A stretch of 64,000 nt of DNA from Camelus dromedarius. Lineage: Eukaryota. Within the stretch, counting starts at the first letter, position 1. Each line of letters starts with the position of its first letter. Below are positions 1 through 14,694 of this stretch, piece after piece. Both the position numbers and the translations under genes were made by a program. The stretch covers positions 105,836,001 to 105,900,000 of the forward strand of contig NC_087436.1 in the NCBI RefSeq assembly GCF_036321535.1. Reading direction: 5' to 3'. The notes under the pieces were generated by a model that saw only the letters and a program-made list of their open reading frames with translations, was not told the origin of the DNA and made no database searches.

Positions 1-2563
1 GACCTAGGTAAAAAAAAAAAGTGGTTATGATTTTTATAGGACCACCAGTACCTGGTTCTCCTTTTCTGTACTCTGTATTAGGTTACTTTTTTTTTTTAAG
101 TAGCAAAGGGTTTCATACATCTAGCAGTATATAGCAAATCATGAGGTAGCTTTTCGCTTTTGCTTATTTATCTGGGACTTTGAGGAGAGTGTGCTAGTGT
201 AGTAGGGCCTAGGATTGGGAATCTTTACACTGACTAAGCTGTTTAACTAGTTTTGAGATCTGGCAAAGTTAACTGCTATTACTCAGTTTTTTCCCTGGGA
301 AAAGCAGCAAATTTGATGGTGTCTTTTAGAGACCTTCCAACTTTAAAAATTTTTCCTGAAGCTCTGTTTATACAAACAGCATGCTTCGTATATTAGCTGG
401 TGATGCAGGAGATGCTTAACTGTAGCATCTCTTAGAATTGGATCATTGGATCTAATTAATATTGAGGAACTAACAGAAGTCTGTCTCTAGAATCTCAGAA
501 TCAGGGTTTGGGTTCAGTTGATCGTTTTAACTTAGTAAGTTGTTAATAAAAGAAGACAGTGGTGCCATTAGTCTAATTTATAGTACTTATAAACTGCCAT
601 TTGTAACCATTCCCCTCTTCCTGAAAAATATGAAAGAATGAGTATTTGGGTCAGCTCTGCTTTTGAATGCCTCCATATGTTACGGTGATCCTGAAGCTTG
701 AAAATGAGAAAAGATCAAAATAGAGTTTTTTAAAAAGGATTTTTCAAGTGAAAGTTTTGATACTTCAATGAATTTTTAATCACACTTTTAATATGTGAAA
801 TTAAATGCGTTTTACAATCTGTGAGGGTCTTATAAACAGAAGTTAGGTGGTTGTCATTGCCTGTGAATGCTTGAACTTAATCTAGCTGTATATGTTGCTT
901 CAAATAAGTGATATGTATTGTTGGAATTCTTTGTGTTGAGTTTATTTGCTAACAAAAATACTAGGATTCCATGTTGAAATGAGCAGGCTAGGAAACTGAG
1001 CAGCAGAATGTAAGTTTGATGGTATTTAAGCAGATACTTGTTCACAAAGAGTGCCCAATTCAGTTTTTTTGCTTTGCAAAGCAACAGGCAAGAGCTTTGT
1101 TAAATCTAAGGAAATTATCCACAAGTAGATGAAACTGTTCTAGTGTTTGGTTACTGAGATAATGTGCAGAAGGACTCCCTAACTCGTGTCAGTAATAGCA
1201 TATGAAGGCAGGAGAAATCACCAAGTGTTCTTAAATAGATCAAAGAGATTTCAAAGCATCTAGAGGCTATAACGTAGCTGGTTCATGCATTGCGGCGCAC
1301 TGTGATTAAGACATTGAGTCATAGTTTAATTGGCTTTGTTTTTTCTTTCATGGTCTTAATATAAAAAATAATTTTGCAGGTAATGGTATGTCAATTCCAG
1401 GAATGTGGTAGTTTCCTTTTTGAAATAGGACCAAAGAAGATAGAAGCACAAATATATAAAGACGGATTTGTTTGCCAAATCTTAATTTACAATTAAGTTC
1501 AGGTGAAAGAGAAGGCTTCACTTGGCGTGTACACTGTCATTTTGCTGAACTTAGTGCTCCAACAGATGGCATTAGCTAAAAATATCAAGTTGGTCCATGA
1601 AAGATTAGATTAGACTAATTCGTAAAAAACAGAGCCAAGATAGTGAAGTCATAAATGATGACTTCAGATTTTTATGCTGCTCTTAATTCTGTAAATAAAA
1701 CCATGGATTTGTATTTAACTGAATGACCTGTGACTTCAGCGTTTGCAGGCCGACTTTGTTTTGTCCAGGTGCCAAACATAGGATAATTGTTTCTCGTTAG
1801 TGACAGTAGCAGCCAGAATGGAATGGACTGGAGATGGCTGACCCATAACAACCATTTGGCAAACCACCCTTCATCTCAGTGCCTGGATTCTATATTAGCT
1901 GTCTTCTCTTGAGCTATTCCTAAGCCTGGTTTTCCTCTCTTTGGTTCATTGATACAGCTAATGCTATTTGCCTTTTCTCTTCCATATGTATTAATCAGCA
2001 TTTCTATTGTGCTAATACTGCTCCTTATTCCACAAATACATTTCTTTTTGTGATTCTTTACCATCATTTTATTGAATTGGATGGGGCTGGGGAAAGCGAT
2101 TGTGAACCCGTTCCCTTTCGAACCAGAAGTCTGTGTTAGTTTAAGTGGGGAGTTATTAAGGCTTTAAAGAAATACAACATTTTAGTGATGTAATATGATA
2201 AAAGCAACTTAAAATGGTTTCTTAGTTTTGTTTTGCAGGTTGAATGTTTGTTTTAAATTTTGTTTTGTTAAGATATATTTAAGTGACTAGTTCTGCTTCG
2301 CATTTGTGTGAAATCATGTGTTCATTATATTCCATAACCGTCTGATTTACTTTGTTTTCTCAATGCATTTCAGTATTGCAGTCTCACTTGACAGGATTTG
2401 ATAATGTATACGTTTGATACACTCAAAAAAGTTTTTCTGGAAGCTTAATTTTGCCATTGATTATAGAACAATAGCACATTTGTTTTGAACAGGGGCTTAA
2501 TTTTGATTTACCGGATGTCTTTGTGTTTCACATATCATAAAGTTTAGTTTTAAAATGTCCTAA

Positions 2564-2764
<201 letters not shown>

Positions 2765-4170
2765 TAATTTCTTTTGTTTGTTTTTTTTAATCCCTATATA
2801 CATAGGTATATATAAAAAAACAGGGAATGCATACTGATCCTTCTAATCAACTATAAAAAAAATAATCAACTGTAAAAAAAAGCAGCCAATGAGAGCACCT
2901 GCAGTGGTTTTTTCTTTCTAATTTACTTTGCTGCGTCTTTTAGACTTTACTTCCACTTTTTAGTAATGTATTTTTAAACCAAATCTTTTCCATTTTTAAC
3001 CCACCCAGTTTTTTGTTTTCTTTTAAATGTCCTAATGGTACAGTGTTTCTGTAAGCCTTTTGCTCACCCTCCCTTATTAAGTACAGAGGACTTCTTTAAG
3101 GATCAGATCTTTTTCCTTGTCTCAACACAAGCACACTCATTATATCTCATAATGCTGCCTAGTGGAGTAACTGCCCAGAACCAGCTGCTCCTCAGAGATG
3201 CCTTTGCTTAACCCAGGGGCTTTTTTTTTTTTTTTTTTTCCCTGTTATGCCACTATTACCCTGGCCAGTGTTACTGTGTTGATAAGGGCTTTAAAACTGA
3301 CTGCATATGCTGACATTTTTGTCTCAAAGTTTGTGAAGTTTCCCTTTTACATTGTGTGTGTGTGTATACACACACCATTCATTGGAACTTAGACTCAGTA
3401 TTGCATGTTAGTGTATGTTACAGAGGGTTTGTACACTGGGCAGAAAGATTCTGAGTCAAAAAAATCGATATTGAGGATTCTGCTTATGAAAATTAAATTT
3501 ATGCTTTTATATTTGAGTAACTTTGAGTACCATCATTATTGATTAAATTTTATGATCTATTGAAATTTTGGAGAAATTCAGAGTAGAAGTTAAGGACTCT
3601 GGTGGAATGTTTAATGAGGGGACCTTCTATTTAAGTATATGTTAATGGATTATGTAACAATTTCCATAAAGGGAGGGGACTGTATAGTCATGTAACCCTG
3701 AACCTGAACAACCTTGTATAGCTATGGCTTTTCACAACAGTGTAGAAAACTTCTGTTTTAGAAAATTTACTAAAGAAGTTATGCTTAGTAAAGATGATTT
3801 TCAAGAAGGGAGAAGTTTATATCTGTGCCACTATTTTTTTTTTTAATTAAAATTTTTTTTTGCTTTTTTCTCCTTTGTGCAAGGTTGTCACATTCTGCTT
3901 TAATAACAATAATCATACTACATATTAGTGTTGTCTTTTACCAATTCCTTTTACATATATTTTATAAACTTTGGATTTTAAGGTGTTGCTTCATGAAGAT
4001 ACATTTTTTTTCTTTTTTGGATGTCACGTTTATCCTTACATTTTAAAAATGTAAATAACTTACTGTAGCTCAGCCTTTCTGTAATTGATTTTTAATTCAC
4101 AATTTATTTAGGCATAACTGATTTATAGAGAGCAGTAAACTTTACTTGTCTGTTTTTTAAGACCACGTAA

Positions 4171-4602
<432 letters not shown>

Positions 4603-5139
4603 TAGGAATACCTTCTTATACCATTAGTCTTTGTGTTCTAGTTAATTAAGAATGTTAAATGCTTTTAGAATTTCAAGACTTAGCAATTGTCTTAACTTTG
4701 GAGAGACCTAGGTGGTAAGTGGTGTGTGTTAATTTGCAGTTTTGCTGAAGCACGAATTTGAATCACAGATGCTATGAATCGGATTATAGTCTTTAATTCA
4801 GTTCGTAAGTGAACTCAGGTAACTGGGGTGCCCATCCACCAACAAAACAATGTGTGTTTTGTTTTTGTCTTCTTCCACGTGTTCACTGAGGATTGGAAGG
4901 AATCACTGAAATTCCTTAGAATTTACCTCATTTTTAAGATTAGAATTTTATTCTCAGGTGCAGCATTTTCTAAACTCATTTCCAGCAGGATGTTTACAGA
5001 TGTGCTGTGAAATTCTTGAATGCTAAAGAAAATAAGCTCAGGAAAAGCTATATGAATAAAATAGTTTTAGAAAGCCTCTTTTGTAGAGGTTTTCTTAAAG
5101 TTTGTCATTTGCTCTAATAGGCTTTGTGAATTTTATAGA

Positions 5140-5765
5140 ATGTGCTTCTCAAACTAATACACATGCTGATTACTTAGGAAACTTGCAGATTCTGATTCAG
5201 TAGGTCAGGTAGGGTTTGAGATTCTATTCCTAGCAAGGTTCTAGAGCAGAGCTGTTCCATTAGAACTTTCTTCCAAGCTAGGAATAACGTGTAACTGTGA
5301 TGTTCAGTATAGTAGCCACAGCAACATATGGGCTTTTGAATATTTGAAATGTGGCTAGTGCGAGGATGTTTTAAATTTCAATTTTACAAAATTTCAATAA
5401 ATTCAAATAGCTACATGTGCTCCACTCTCTTCCTGTTTTAGTTTTTGTGAGGTTTACTAGTTAAGAATTGTTTTTACATTTTAAAAGGGTTTGTATGTGA
5501 AAAAAAGAACATGCGACAGAGGTGGTACATAGATCACAGCCTAAAAAGTTTGGACTCTTTGATCCCTGCTCTAGAACATTTTTTTTCTCAGGTGTGATCA
5601 GGGGATTGCCTGTGTAGGGTAGGGGAATTTGTTAAAGCAAGGTCTTGGCCATGTTCCAGACTTGATGAAACAGGTGAAATTTGAGGACAAATTATAGGAA
5701 TCTGCATCTTCAACAAGCTCTTCAGGCCATTTTTATGTTGCCTTAGGTTAAAGGTCACTGTTCCA
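5140..5765. mobile_element. Cluster of old hAT-Charlie MITE fragments (MER5A-, MER3/MER33- and MER58-like)
   Basis: Recognisable motifs gcagattctgattcagtaggt, tttgaaatgtggctagtg and aatctgcatcttcaacaagctc; family names by eye. Confidence 0.6.
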
Positions 5766-6031
5766 GGTGAGTGTTGTAGCCAGTATAATACCTGCGGCAC
5801 CTTAATGACACCACCTAAACAGTATTGTGGGAAATTGCCCAAGTTCTCTCATATGTCAAAATCAGAGGTCTGCTTTGTGACTGCCTACCTCCAGTAGAAT
5901 GTGAACTATTTTATTTGTATTCAGTTTCTACAGAGATAACTTGATACATGTTTGAGTTCCTGCACCACTTCTGTTTTGTCCATATGATTTTTGATTTGTG
6001 TCCCATTGTCCATAGTTTCTTTTCTGTAGAG

Positions 6032-6242
6032 CAGGGTTTTTCAGTCATAGCACTATTTATGTTGTAGGCTGAGTAATTCTTTGATATGGGTACCGAGTGC
6101 ATTGTAGGATATTTTTTAGTGTCTCTAGCCTTTACTCATTAGATGCAGTTACACTCCCTCAGTTGCGACAACCTAAAATGTCTGCAGACATTGCTAAATG
6201 TCCCCTGGTGGTGCAGAATCGTTTGCAATAGAGAATCATACT
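6032..6242. mobile_element. MER20-like hAT DNA transposon
   Basis: cagggtttttcagtcatagcactattt...gacaacctaaaatgtctgcagacattgctaaatgtcccctgg resembles the MER20 consensus. Confidence 0.75.
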
Positions 6243-6797
6243 TGTTCTTTTGGGAAATAAGGTGTGTTGCAAATTCAGTTTTACAGATAAACCTCTGTTG
6301 GTATTAGTCTTCCTTTGTGTGCATTTTGAATGGGAGAATTTTTATATATTTTATAAGTAAGAGTATCAAATGCTTTTTGATAGCATATACACAGTGTTTA
6401 TCCTGTAATGCATATCGGGGCTGTTAAGGTAGTCATTTTGTTCTTTTGTGTCTGCTCTCTGTAGTTTCTCACTTCCTCCAAAGTGCATAGTGTTTTTTGT
6501 TTTTTTAAACAGCTATTCAAAATAGTCATTATGTTCAGATGACCACATTATAATCCCATTTGACATATCTGATGGCCTTACGGTGAGGACCTGAAATACT
6601 TCTCTATGAGTTAACTTCCTGTAGTTGATATTTTGGCAACTATCCCAAAGCTGGGGAAAGGAAGGGAATAAGCACCATGGTTTTCGAATGTGAACTAGGT
6701 TTACATACGTCCTGTTACATTTTAAAGTTTCCTTTAGAAGACCAGCTTAAGAAATTTGAAGACCTTTGGGGAGAAGGTAGCAAAGTGCCTAATGTTA

Positions 6798-6889
6798 GGG
6801 GAGGGTATGGCTCAGTGGTACAGCACATGCTTAGCATGCATAAGGTTCAATCTCCAGTACTTCCATTTTAAAAAAAAAGAGAAAGGAGA
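6798..6889 (+). mobile_element. tRNA-derived camelid-type SINE (Vic-1-like) with target-site duplication
   Basis: GGGGAGGGTATGGCTCAGTGGTA A-box, GGTTCAATC B-box, A-rich tail; flanked by aaagtgcctaa(t/g)gt at 6782-6795 and 6890-6903. Confidence 0.85.
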
Positions 6890-8106
6890 AAAGTGCCTAA
6901 GGTATTTTGTTTCATTGATTATGTTGCGTAAAGCTGTTAAAGATATGTAAAGTATTACTATTCCTCAGGTCTGTGAACCTGTTTTTTTTTTTTGTTTTTT
7001 GTTTTTTGTTTTTTTCACTTGGTCAGTTAAATTATAGATTCTGGGAATTCAATACTTCTGTCTTAATAAATTTGAATAGCATCCATAAAATTAAGTTATC
7101 TCATGAAATTTTAAAATGTTTAAGACCATATTACCATTTTGACCACTTAGACAATAGTGCTTCTTATAGTCCCCTGAGTTAATTTGGGAGGAGACCAGTT
7201 TTAAGTTGGTGAAAGGTTGGAAAAGATTTGAATTCTAGAATGTTTTATAATTTTTTTATTAATCCATAAAATCTGGATCTATGAATAAATATAAATGTTA
7301 CCCAGTAAAACTTTTTGGAGGAGGTAACCTACTGAATTAGATAAGAATGATTGTAATTGAAATATCAATTGTTTGTAAGTAGATACTTGAAGATGTTGAC
7401 ATTCTTTTATCTTTAATTTTGCTAGGCAAAATGCTTTTTTCTATGTGCAGGAGTCTAGATTTTAAATTAGTAGGGTCCAAATTAATTTACCAACATACAT
7501 TGATACTTTTGCAGCTGAATGTCTTTCCACAATTGAGAGATTCCTAAACTTTTTTCTCAGTTCTCAGTTCATGACTAAGGAGAAGTTACATTGTGCTAAT
7601 GAATGTCAGTGAGCTTTGTGATCTTTCGAACTGACAGTGTTGACTTTCTGGAAATTTGGTTAAATTTAGGGAAAATTTCGTTGCAGAGTTTAAAAACAGA
7701 ATTTAGAACCTTGTTTATGTAAAAACGTAAGTGGTGTGGGACTTTTTCCCCTCCCTCTTTTAGAGCTGTCTTTATATCCCATGCAGTAGCAATTTTGCTT
7801 GAGCTCTATCCATGCTTAGCAGATTGGATAGTTTATAGTTACAAGTAAAGTTGGTATTATCTTGTTAAAATTCTGGAGTTTGCAAATGCTTGATTTGGGG
7901 CACTTAATTTTGTAATACATTATCTGGGGTTTGGTGACTTCTGACCATTTACTTTCCAGTCAGATATATCATTGAATTAACAAAATTGAAAATCTTCTGA
8001 ATATTGGCATCAATTTTCCTGTAGTTTTTTTAAAAGAAATCTAGCTTTCGATTTATATTGTTTTTTTTTTTTTAAATTTGGAAGAGATCTAATTTGTATT
8101 TGTATA

Positions 8107-8119
8107 CCAGCAGGGGGCA
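8107..8119 (+). promoter_or_regulatory. Candidate CTCF site
   Basis: CCAGCAGGGGGCA matches the CTCF core and is an isolated GC-rich motif in a very AT-rich intron. Confidence 0.5.
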
Positions 8120-9259
8120 TTCTAATCTAGATACAGCATTTGAAAGTTTTTTTTTTCTAAAAATATTTGTTTTCATTTGTTATATTTTATCTTTCAATGA
8201 ATAGCAAACTTCATTTGTTGGAAACATTAGATCTCAAAAGAAACTATTACATCGAATCCTTAATAGTAATTTTCTGTGTCACAATTTCCACTTAATCTAT
8301 TATTGAAGAAAACTGGTGTGTTTGAAATAGATGAAAAAAATTTTTTTTTTTTGTTTTTAAGTATCTAGAATCTTTATATTCTTTTAACATAGAAACAGAG
8401 TTGCACTTTGGTTAAAAATCATTTTAGAGAAAATTATTCTAGCTTCATATAATAAATTTACCTGATAAATTTTTAAAAAAAATTACTCTGTCTTTTGAAT
8501 AAAAGATAATTTGTTGATAAAAGTAACTTCTGATTGAATCATTCTTTGGACAAACTGCCAAATAATTTAATTGAGTTTAACTGAATTAAAGCTTCTGAAA
8601 AATTTAAAATATTGCTTCCTTCCTGTTTTTAAGTCCCCTTGCCATCCCCTAGAGCTTCCACCTGTCTCTGTCTCTCACACTCTCTTAATACTCATTTTGT
8701 ATCCTCTCCTTAAACCTAGATTTGAATGCAGATGCATTGGTTTTCTGTAGTAGGGAAATTTTTGAAGAGGCTCTAAGATATTTGGGTTAACCTAGTTCTT
8801 AAATATCTATGTTGATGCTGTAGAGGTGTATGTTCTCATTAGGCACAATGAAGCAAATCTTCCATATAATTGCATTAGTGATACGTGACATTAAAACCTA
8901 ATTGGCTTATTTAAAATATCTAGCACATCAATTTCTTTTAGATTGTGAAAATTGAAAAGGTTATGAGTGCAGTTAAATATTCCTGGGTGAGAAATTTCAA
9001 TTTTAATACAATTTGTTGAGAATTAATTAGGACGTCCGACTCTTAAGAAAAAGGATGTGGAATGCCAATAAGGCGATTACGTTTTTGACTACAGAAATCA
9101 AAGTTTCTTAGATTATTTTGAAAATTCCAATGAAAATTTGCTAGATTAATTTTGATTACTAAAATGAAAATAAGCTACTAGTAGTAGGATTATGATAAAT
9201 ACTTAAAATGTTTTAGTGTCTATTCGTTTTGTTTTCAGACTCAAACTTTTATTTTGTAG

Positions 9260-9445
<186 letters not shown>

Positions 9446-12400
9446 TAAACATTGTATTAATACTGAAGATTTGTCTGTGAGATACCAAACTATATTGAAT
9501 TATAAAGGGTTATGGGTGGTTGTGATCTGAATTGTATGTACAGAGTTAATCTGTATTTCCAAAGTAAATAGAAAGAAATATATTTGGATAGAGTTTTGCA
9601 TATCTTTTGACCTTAGAGTAAGAGCAGGTACTGATTCCCTCCCCTCAAGGAAGTTCCCCTTAACAAATGGAAGGTTGGTTAGGGTGAGGAAATGGCCAGA
9701 TGTCTTTCTCCCTATTAAATCACTTGGCAATCACTTTTTCTTCAGTGCCTTGTCTTCTGCCTAGAATTTTTGTCTAGACCTAAACAAATGTTAAGTCTGT
9801 AGGTATGAAATGTTGGATGTACAGATCCCAAGTGACAGCAGCGTGGCTTTCTTGAGGGCAAGAACTTTGGATCTTTTTGGTGTGGATATCTGCCTGGCAC
9901 AGGAAGGGAGCAAGGATATTCCAGCCTCGTTTCTGGGAGCTTTGGTGAGGAGGTAGAAAGGAGATCTGAGTTCTAGTTTGATACATGCAGCTGTGCTTTT
10001 ATTTTTTAAGAGATGGGGATTCTGATAGATTCTTTGAAAATAAGATCGCATTGTTTGAAAAGGTTTGACAACCACTAGAGAAGTAGAGTCACCTTGGTTT
10101 CTAAAAAGCCCAGCCATTTATTATGTTATATAATAGCTGCATATGAATTTTGGTAAGATTCTTAACCTCTGATTTTAAAGGTTTCATATTTTTAAAGTGG
10201 TTATAATTACCTTCACCAGCTTGGGAGGTGATTGTCAAGGATTAATCTTGATGTGTACAGGGTACCAGCATACCGAACAAACTAGACCCTCATGATAGCT
10301 GCTATACATTTCTTGAGTTTAATCATGTAGGGAAAAAAGTCTTAAGAAATATAATTTACTTGTCAGTCAAGTTTTGAATTTATTGCTTATTTCTGTATTC
10401 AAGGCCTAACAGATTTACAACTTATACTGCTGTATTTTTTTATCTTTTTGCTAATATTTTTGATGATTGGAAAATTCTGAATTACAAAGATACTTAAATG
10501 TATCATGGCTGATTATCTCTTTACATGGCTGTGTAAAAGTTAAATGAACCAAATACATTTTTCAAATTGAAAGAACTTATTGAAAGAACTTACTGAAAAG
10601 ATATGCAGCATCTGCCTAGTGGAATATAAATTAATAGGAAACTGATAGGGAAAAAAATCAGATTTTGAGTTTTTCATGAATCAGCAGGAGTAGTAGATAC
10701 TACTTTTTAAAAGTACTCTGATCATAGCTTCAATATGTTGAACTTGGCAATTATTATTGTCATAGCGCTATCTCTAGAACATGTTAAAATATTTTTTGTT
10801 ACTTTATGTGCACTCAGCTTTGGGGGAAACTTGAAGTTTTAAGTGACGACTTTGCTAGGATATTGGAAATTTAGGTTCATCTTGGTGCCGATCCAGTATG
10901 TGGTACATTTTGTAGAATCTACAAATTAAGCCCATGGAATAGAATTAGTTTGTTTTTATAAACTATTGCTTTTCATGTTCTTGTAAATCCTAAAGATATT
11001 GAGGAGAATTTTCTTTCTGAGAAGAGTGCTTCAGCAGTGGGATGTGTGTGTGTGATGTTGAGGGAATCTATTGGAGTTCTTTCAGCTAAAGCTGTAAGAT
11101 CTCTTGCTGGGAAATCATGTCATCTCCTGGCATGAGTCAGCTTCGTCTTGGAGGTTGAGAAGAGCGCTGTCATAGCCTCCCTGGATGATCCCGGGGGAGG
11201 GAGGACTTCCTTGGCAATTGGTGCATCGTTCTTTATGAGGAAAGACATGTTGAAGCCCAGCATGTTTAAGGGAAAGTGAATATATAGCCTTTGTGTAGAA
11301 GGTTAGTTTATAGATTCACTCATCCAGTGGTGTATTTTGAAGCTGGACAGGGAAGGTAGTGCCAGCTGAAAACCTGAGATTGCTGAAACGCACTCTGGCT
11401 AAGCACTGACTGCAGGCGAGATGAGCAGGGCCTTGGAAGTCCAGTTAGAGCAGAAGAAAAATTGGGGATGTGAGGAATGCAGAAGGGTAAAAATTTAGAT
11501 GCCCAGAGGTTATATAAGGGAATGTGGGTGGGTACTAGAACAGGAAGAACTGGTATTCAATTGCTATTTCCCTATTCTTTTTTAAAATGCTAAAACTTTG
11601 ATACATCCTGTTTATGTTATAAAATAAACAACTAGAGGCTAAGGCTTGATTCTTCTGTCATGAATTCATTAATTAAACATTTCTGTGCCAGTTACTAGAA
11701 TGAGACTTCATTCAAAAGTATTGTCACTGATTGATATTCACAGTTAATTTAAAATTACATAGGAACATTTAGAGATTTACTGTCTGCTTCCAATTATGTA
11801 AAACAAAATACAATTTGATTCTTGTTTTTGTTAAATTACTTTGTTCTAATATAGGGATAATAGCTAGCATAGAGTAGAATGTAATAAGGATTAAAAGGTT
11901 TGGAACAAAGAGTAATACTCTTTTTAAAATTTCACCAAAATAAATTGTAATTTTGAATTACTTTATATTTGGGCACCTTTTGTAAGATAGTACCTTATTA
12001 TCTTACTCCTCATTGTATTTATGCAAAATAGAGTTCATAATATGATTGTAGTAAAACTGAAAAAACAGCCTTTTAGAATTAAAGTTTTTAAATGTAGGCT
12101 ATATTAAAGGTAAACTTATATGGGCGTTGAGGACTTAACTAGCATTCCTTTTACAAATAATTACTAAGTTCTTTTTATGTGGTCTTCTAACAGCACTGAT
12201 GGTAAGCTTTTAAGTTTTTAATGATCAGGAGAGGTTGGGAATACAATGAATAAATTTATTTGAGGGTGGATACTTGTTTTGATCATGTTTGATATTTATT
12301 CAGATATTTGACTTTAAGCTAAAGCTACAGTAGTTTTATACATGCGTTAAAGTTTACTCATCAATAAATCACTTGTATGCATTTTTTTTTACTAAGACTT

Positions 12401-14589
12401 ATAATTGCTGCTTTATAAATTTGGTGTTAAAATCCAGCAACTTCTTATTTTTACTTAGTTTTCATTAATTTTGTCCATACAGATAGCTGTTTTTTCTGTA
12501 TCTTATCTTAGAGTTTACTAATTAACATGGCTCAGAGCATACATTGCTCAATAAAAAAGAGAAATGGCCCTTGTGGAGATGGTTTCTTAGTTTTAAAGAG
12601 AGACTTAACGATCCACTATCTAAAGATAACTTAGTGTGGTGCTGCTGGGATATTTACAAACAAACAAGCTAATATCCTCACTGAATTGGAGACTCCCACA
12701 GAGTTCCCTAGGGACGAAAAATCCAAATTTGTTTAACCTAAATGCATTATTGTGTCCAAATAGAATCCAAGTAGAACTCAAGAACATTGAAATGGAATTA
12801 TTGAAATAAATCAATGTGGATTCCATTAGAAGGCAGATTATTGAAGGGGAAGAGGGTAAATCTAGATGAGAGTTTATTCTTATCACATTTAAAGTAAAAA
12901 AGAATTGATTGTCAAACTTTTTATCATAGGGTTTCTTCTGTATTTGGGATTATTTACCTGAAATAATAACTCAGATTTGAACACTTTTTAAGGCTCTTTG
13001 AATACTTCTTGCCAAGTTACAGTCTAGAAAGCTTATAACATATTCCTGTTAGTAATATGTAAGTTCCTTGACAAATTCACGATCACTTTGTGTTGTGACC
13101 ACTTCCTAATTAGATCCTGTGCCACTTGCACATCTAGAACGTACTTAGGGCTTCCCTCACCCCACCGCTGAGGTTCCAAGGCAACTAAATAGCTTTTATC
13201 ATCTCCCTTGCCTGTTCTTTTGTGATGTGTGTGTGTGTGTGTTTTATTGGCCTTAGTGTGATTCCTCCAGCTCTAGTGGTAGAGTCAGTAGGAATACTTC
13301 CCTCAAAGCTGTGCTGTTTGTTATGTGAGTTTTTACTTTTTTGTTCCAAAACCTGCCTCTCATGGGGTAGGTAGGTCCTACTAAAATATTTTTTTTTATT
13401 ACCTTAAAGCTTATTAACTCATTTTTTGGAAAAAGCCTAGAAACCGTATTTCTTTAGGTCTTTTTTTAACACTCATACTTTAGAGCTTTACTTTTGGATG
13501 TCAGTACTCTACCATCAGTAACGACATAGGGTTTGCCGAGTTGGTATACTTAACCTGATTCTTCAGTACTTGTGGAATAACATTCACACCTCCATACATG
13601 CATTGTATAATTTGTCACACACACGCCCAGAGAAAACACATGTACACCAAGTGAAATTATTTTTTGGACAAAAATTGTTTTTAAATAAACAGTTGATCAC
13701 ATCAGTGCATTTTTTGTTACATTGACTGTATTCTGTTGTAGGAGAAATACTTGTAATTTTTTTAGAAAAAAAAGTATGTTTTAAACATCTATCCAGAACT
13801 ACAATGATTTTCACCCTAGAATTCCAGAAAACCACAAGACCTCTTTTATAATCACAAACATGTAGTTTGTGATTCTGTATAGTTTATAAGGGCTTTCCAC
13901 ATTCATTATCTAATTTTACTTCTAAAATTCTGTCTCATCTAGACAAATATGCAAGAGATATAAAAGGAAATTGAAGCATGAGGCTGTTAAAACCTCTCCA
14001 CTCTTAGCTACTCAGGTTCGATTCCTGGCTTTGCCACCTACCCCTAAATTCATTGCTCCTTCCATTGTAACACTGCCTTTCTAGAAGAATATTAAACTCA
14101 GGTTTATTTTAAAATCATGTAACATGTCATTCTCAAGCCCCTATCTAATTTCCTAAAACATACTTCAAATATAACAAAACATTCATACAAAAAAACAAGC
14201 TACTGTGTCAGTATGTAAATGATTGAAACATTATTCCCTGTCAATAAAACATTCAAATGATTCTTAACAGTTTCTTTGTATTCAGTTATACCTGCTTTGA
14301 GATTGTACACTTTCCAAAATATCTATATATTTAAAACATAATGTGACTGGGTAATAATATAAAGATTTTTTGTTGAAAAAGGAAGGTGCTATGATGAGCT
14401 AAGTGAAACTGAGTTCTTAAATATTAATTTGTCTTTATATATATAGCTTTGAGCATTAAAGATCAAACCTTATTTCTAGTTTATTTACTGGATTGTAATT
14501 GATTGTTTAGTGGAAGCCAATGGCTAATCTTACTATCATTTGCATTGTACTTGACTTGTAGTATAATTTATATACTTTTTATTTAATAG

Positions 14590-14694
<105 letters not shown>

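Noticed and set aside
2844..2881. 19-nt tandem duplication (also a 13-nt unit near 10568-10598)
   Set aside because: Simple slippage duplications in AT-rich introns; no spacer structure, not CRISPR-like
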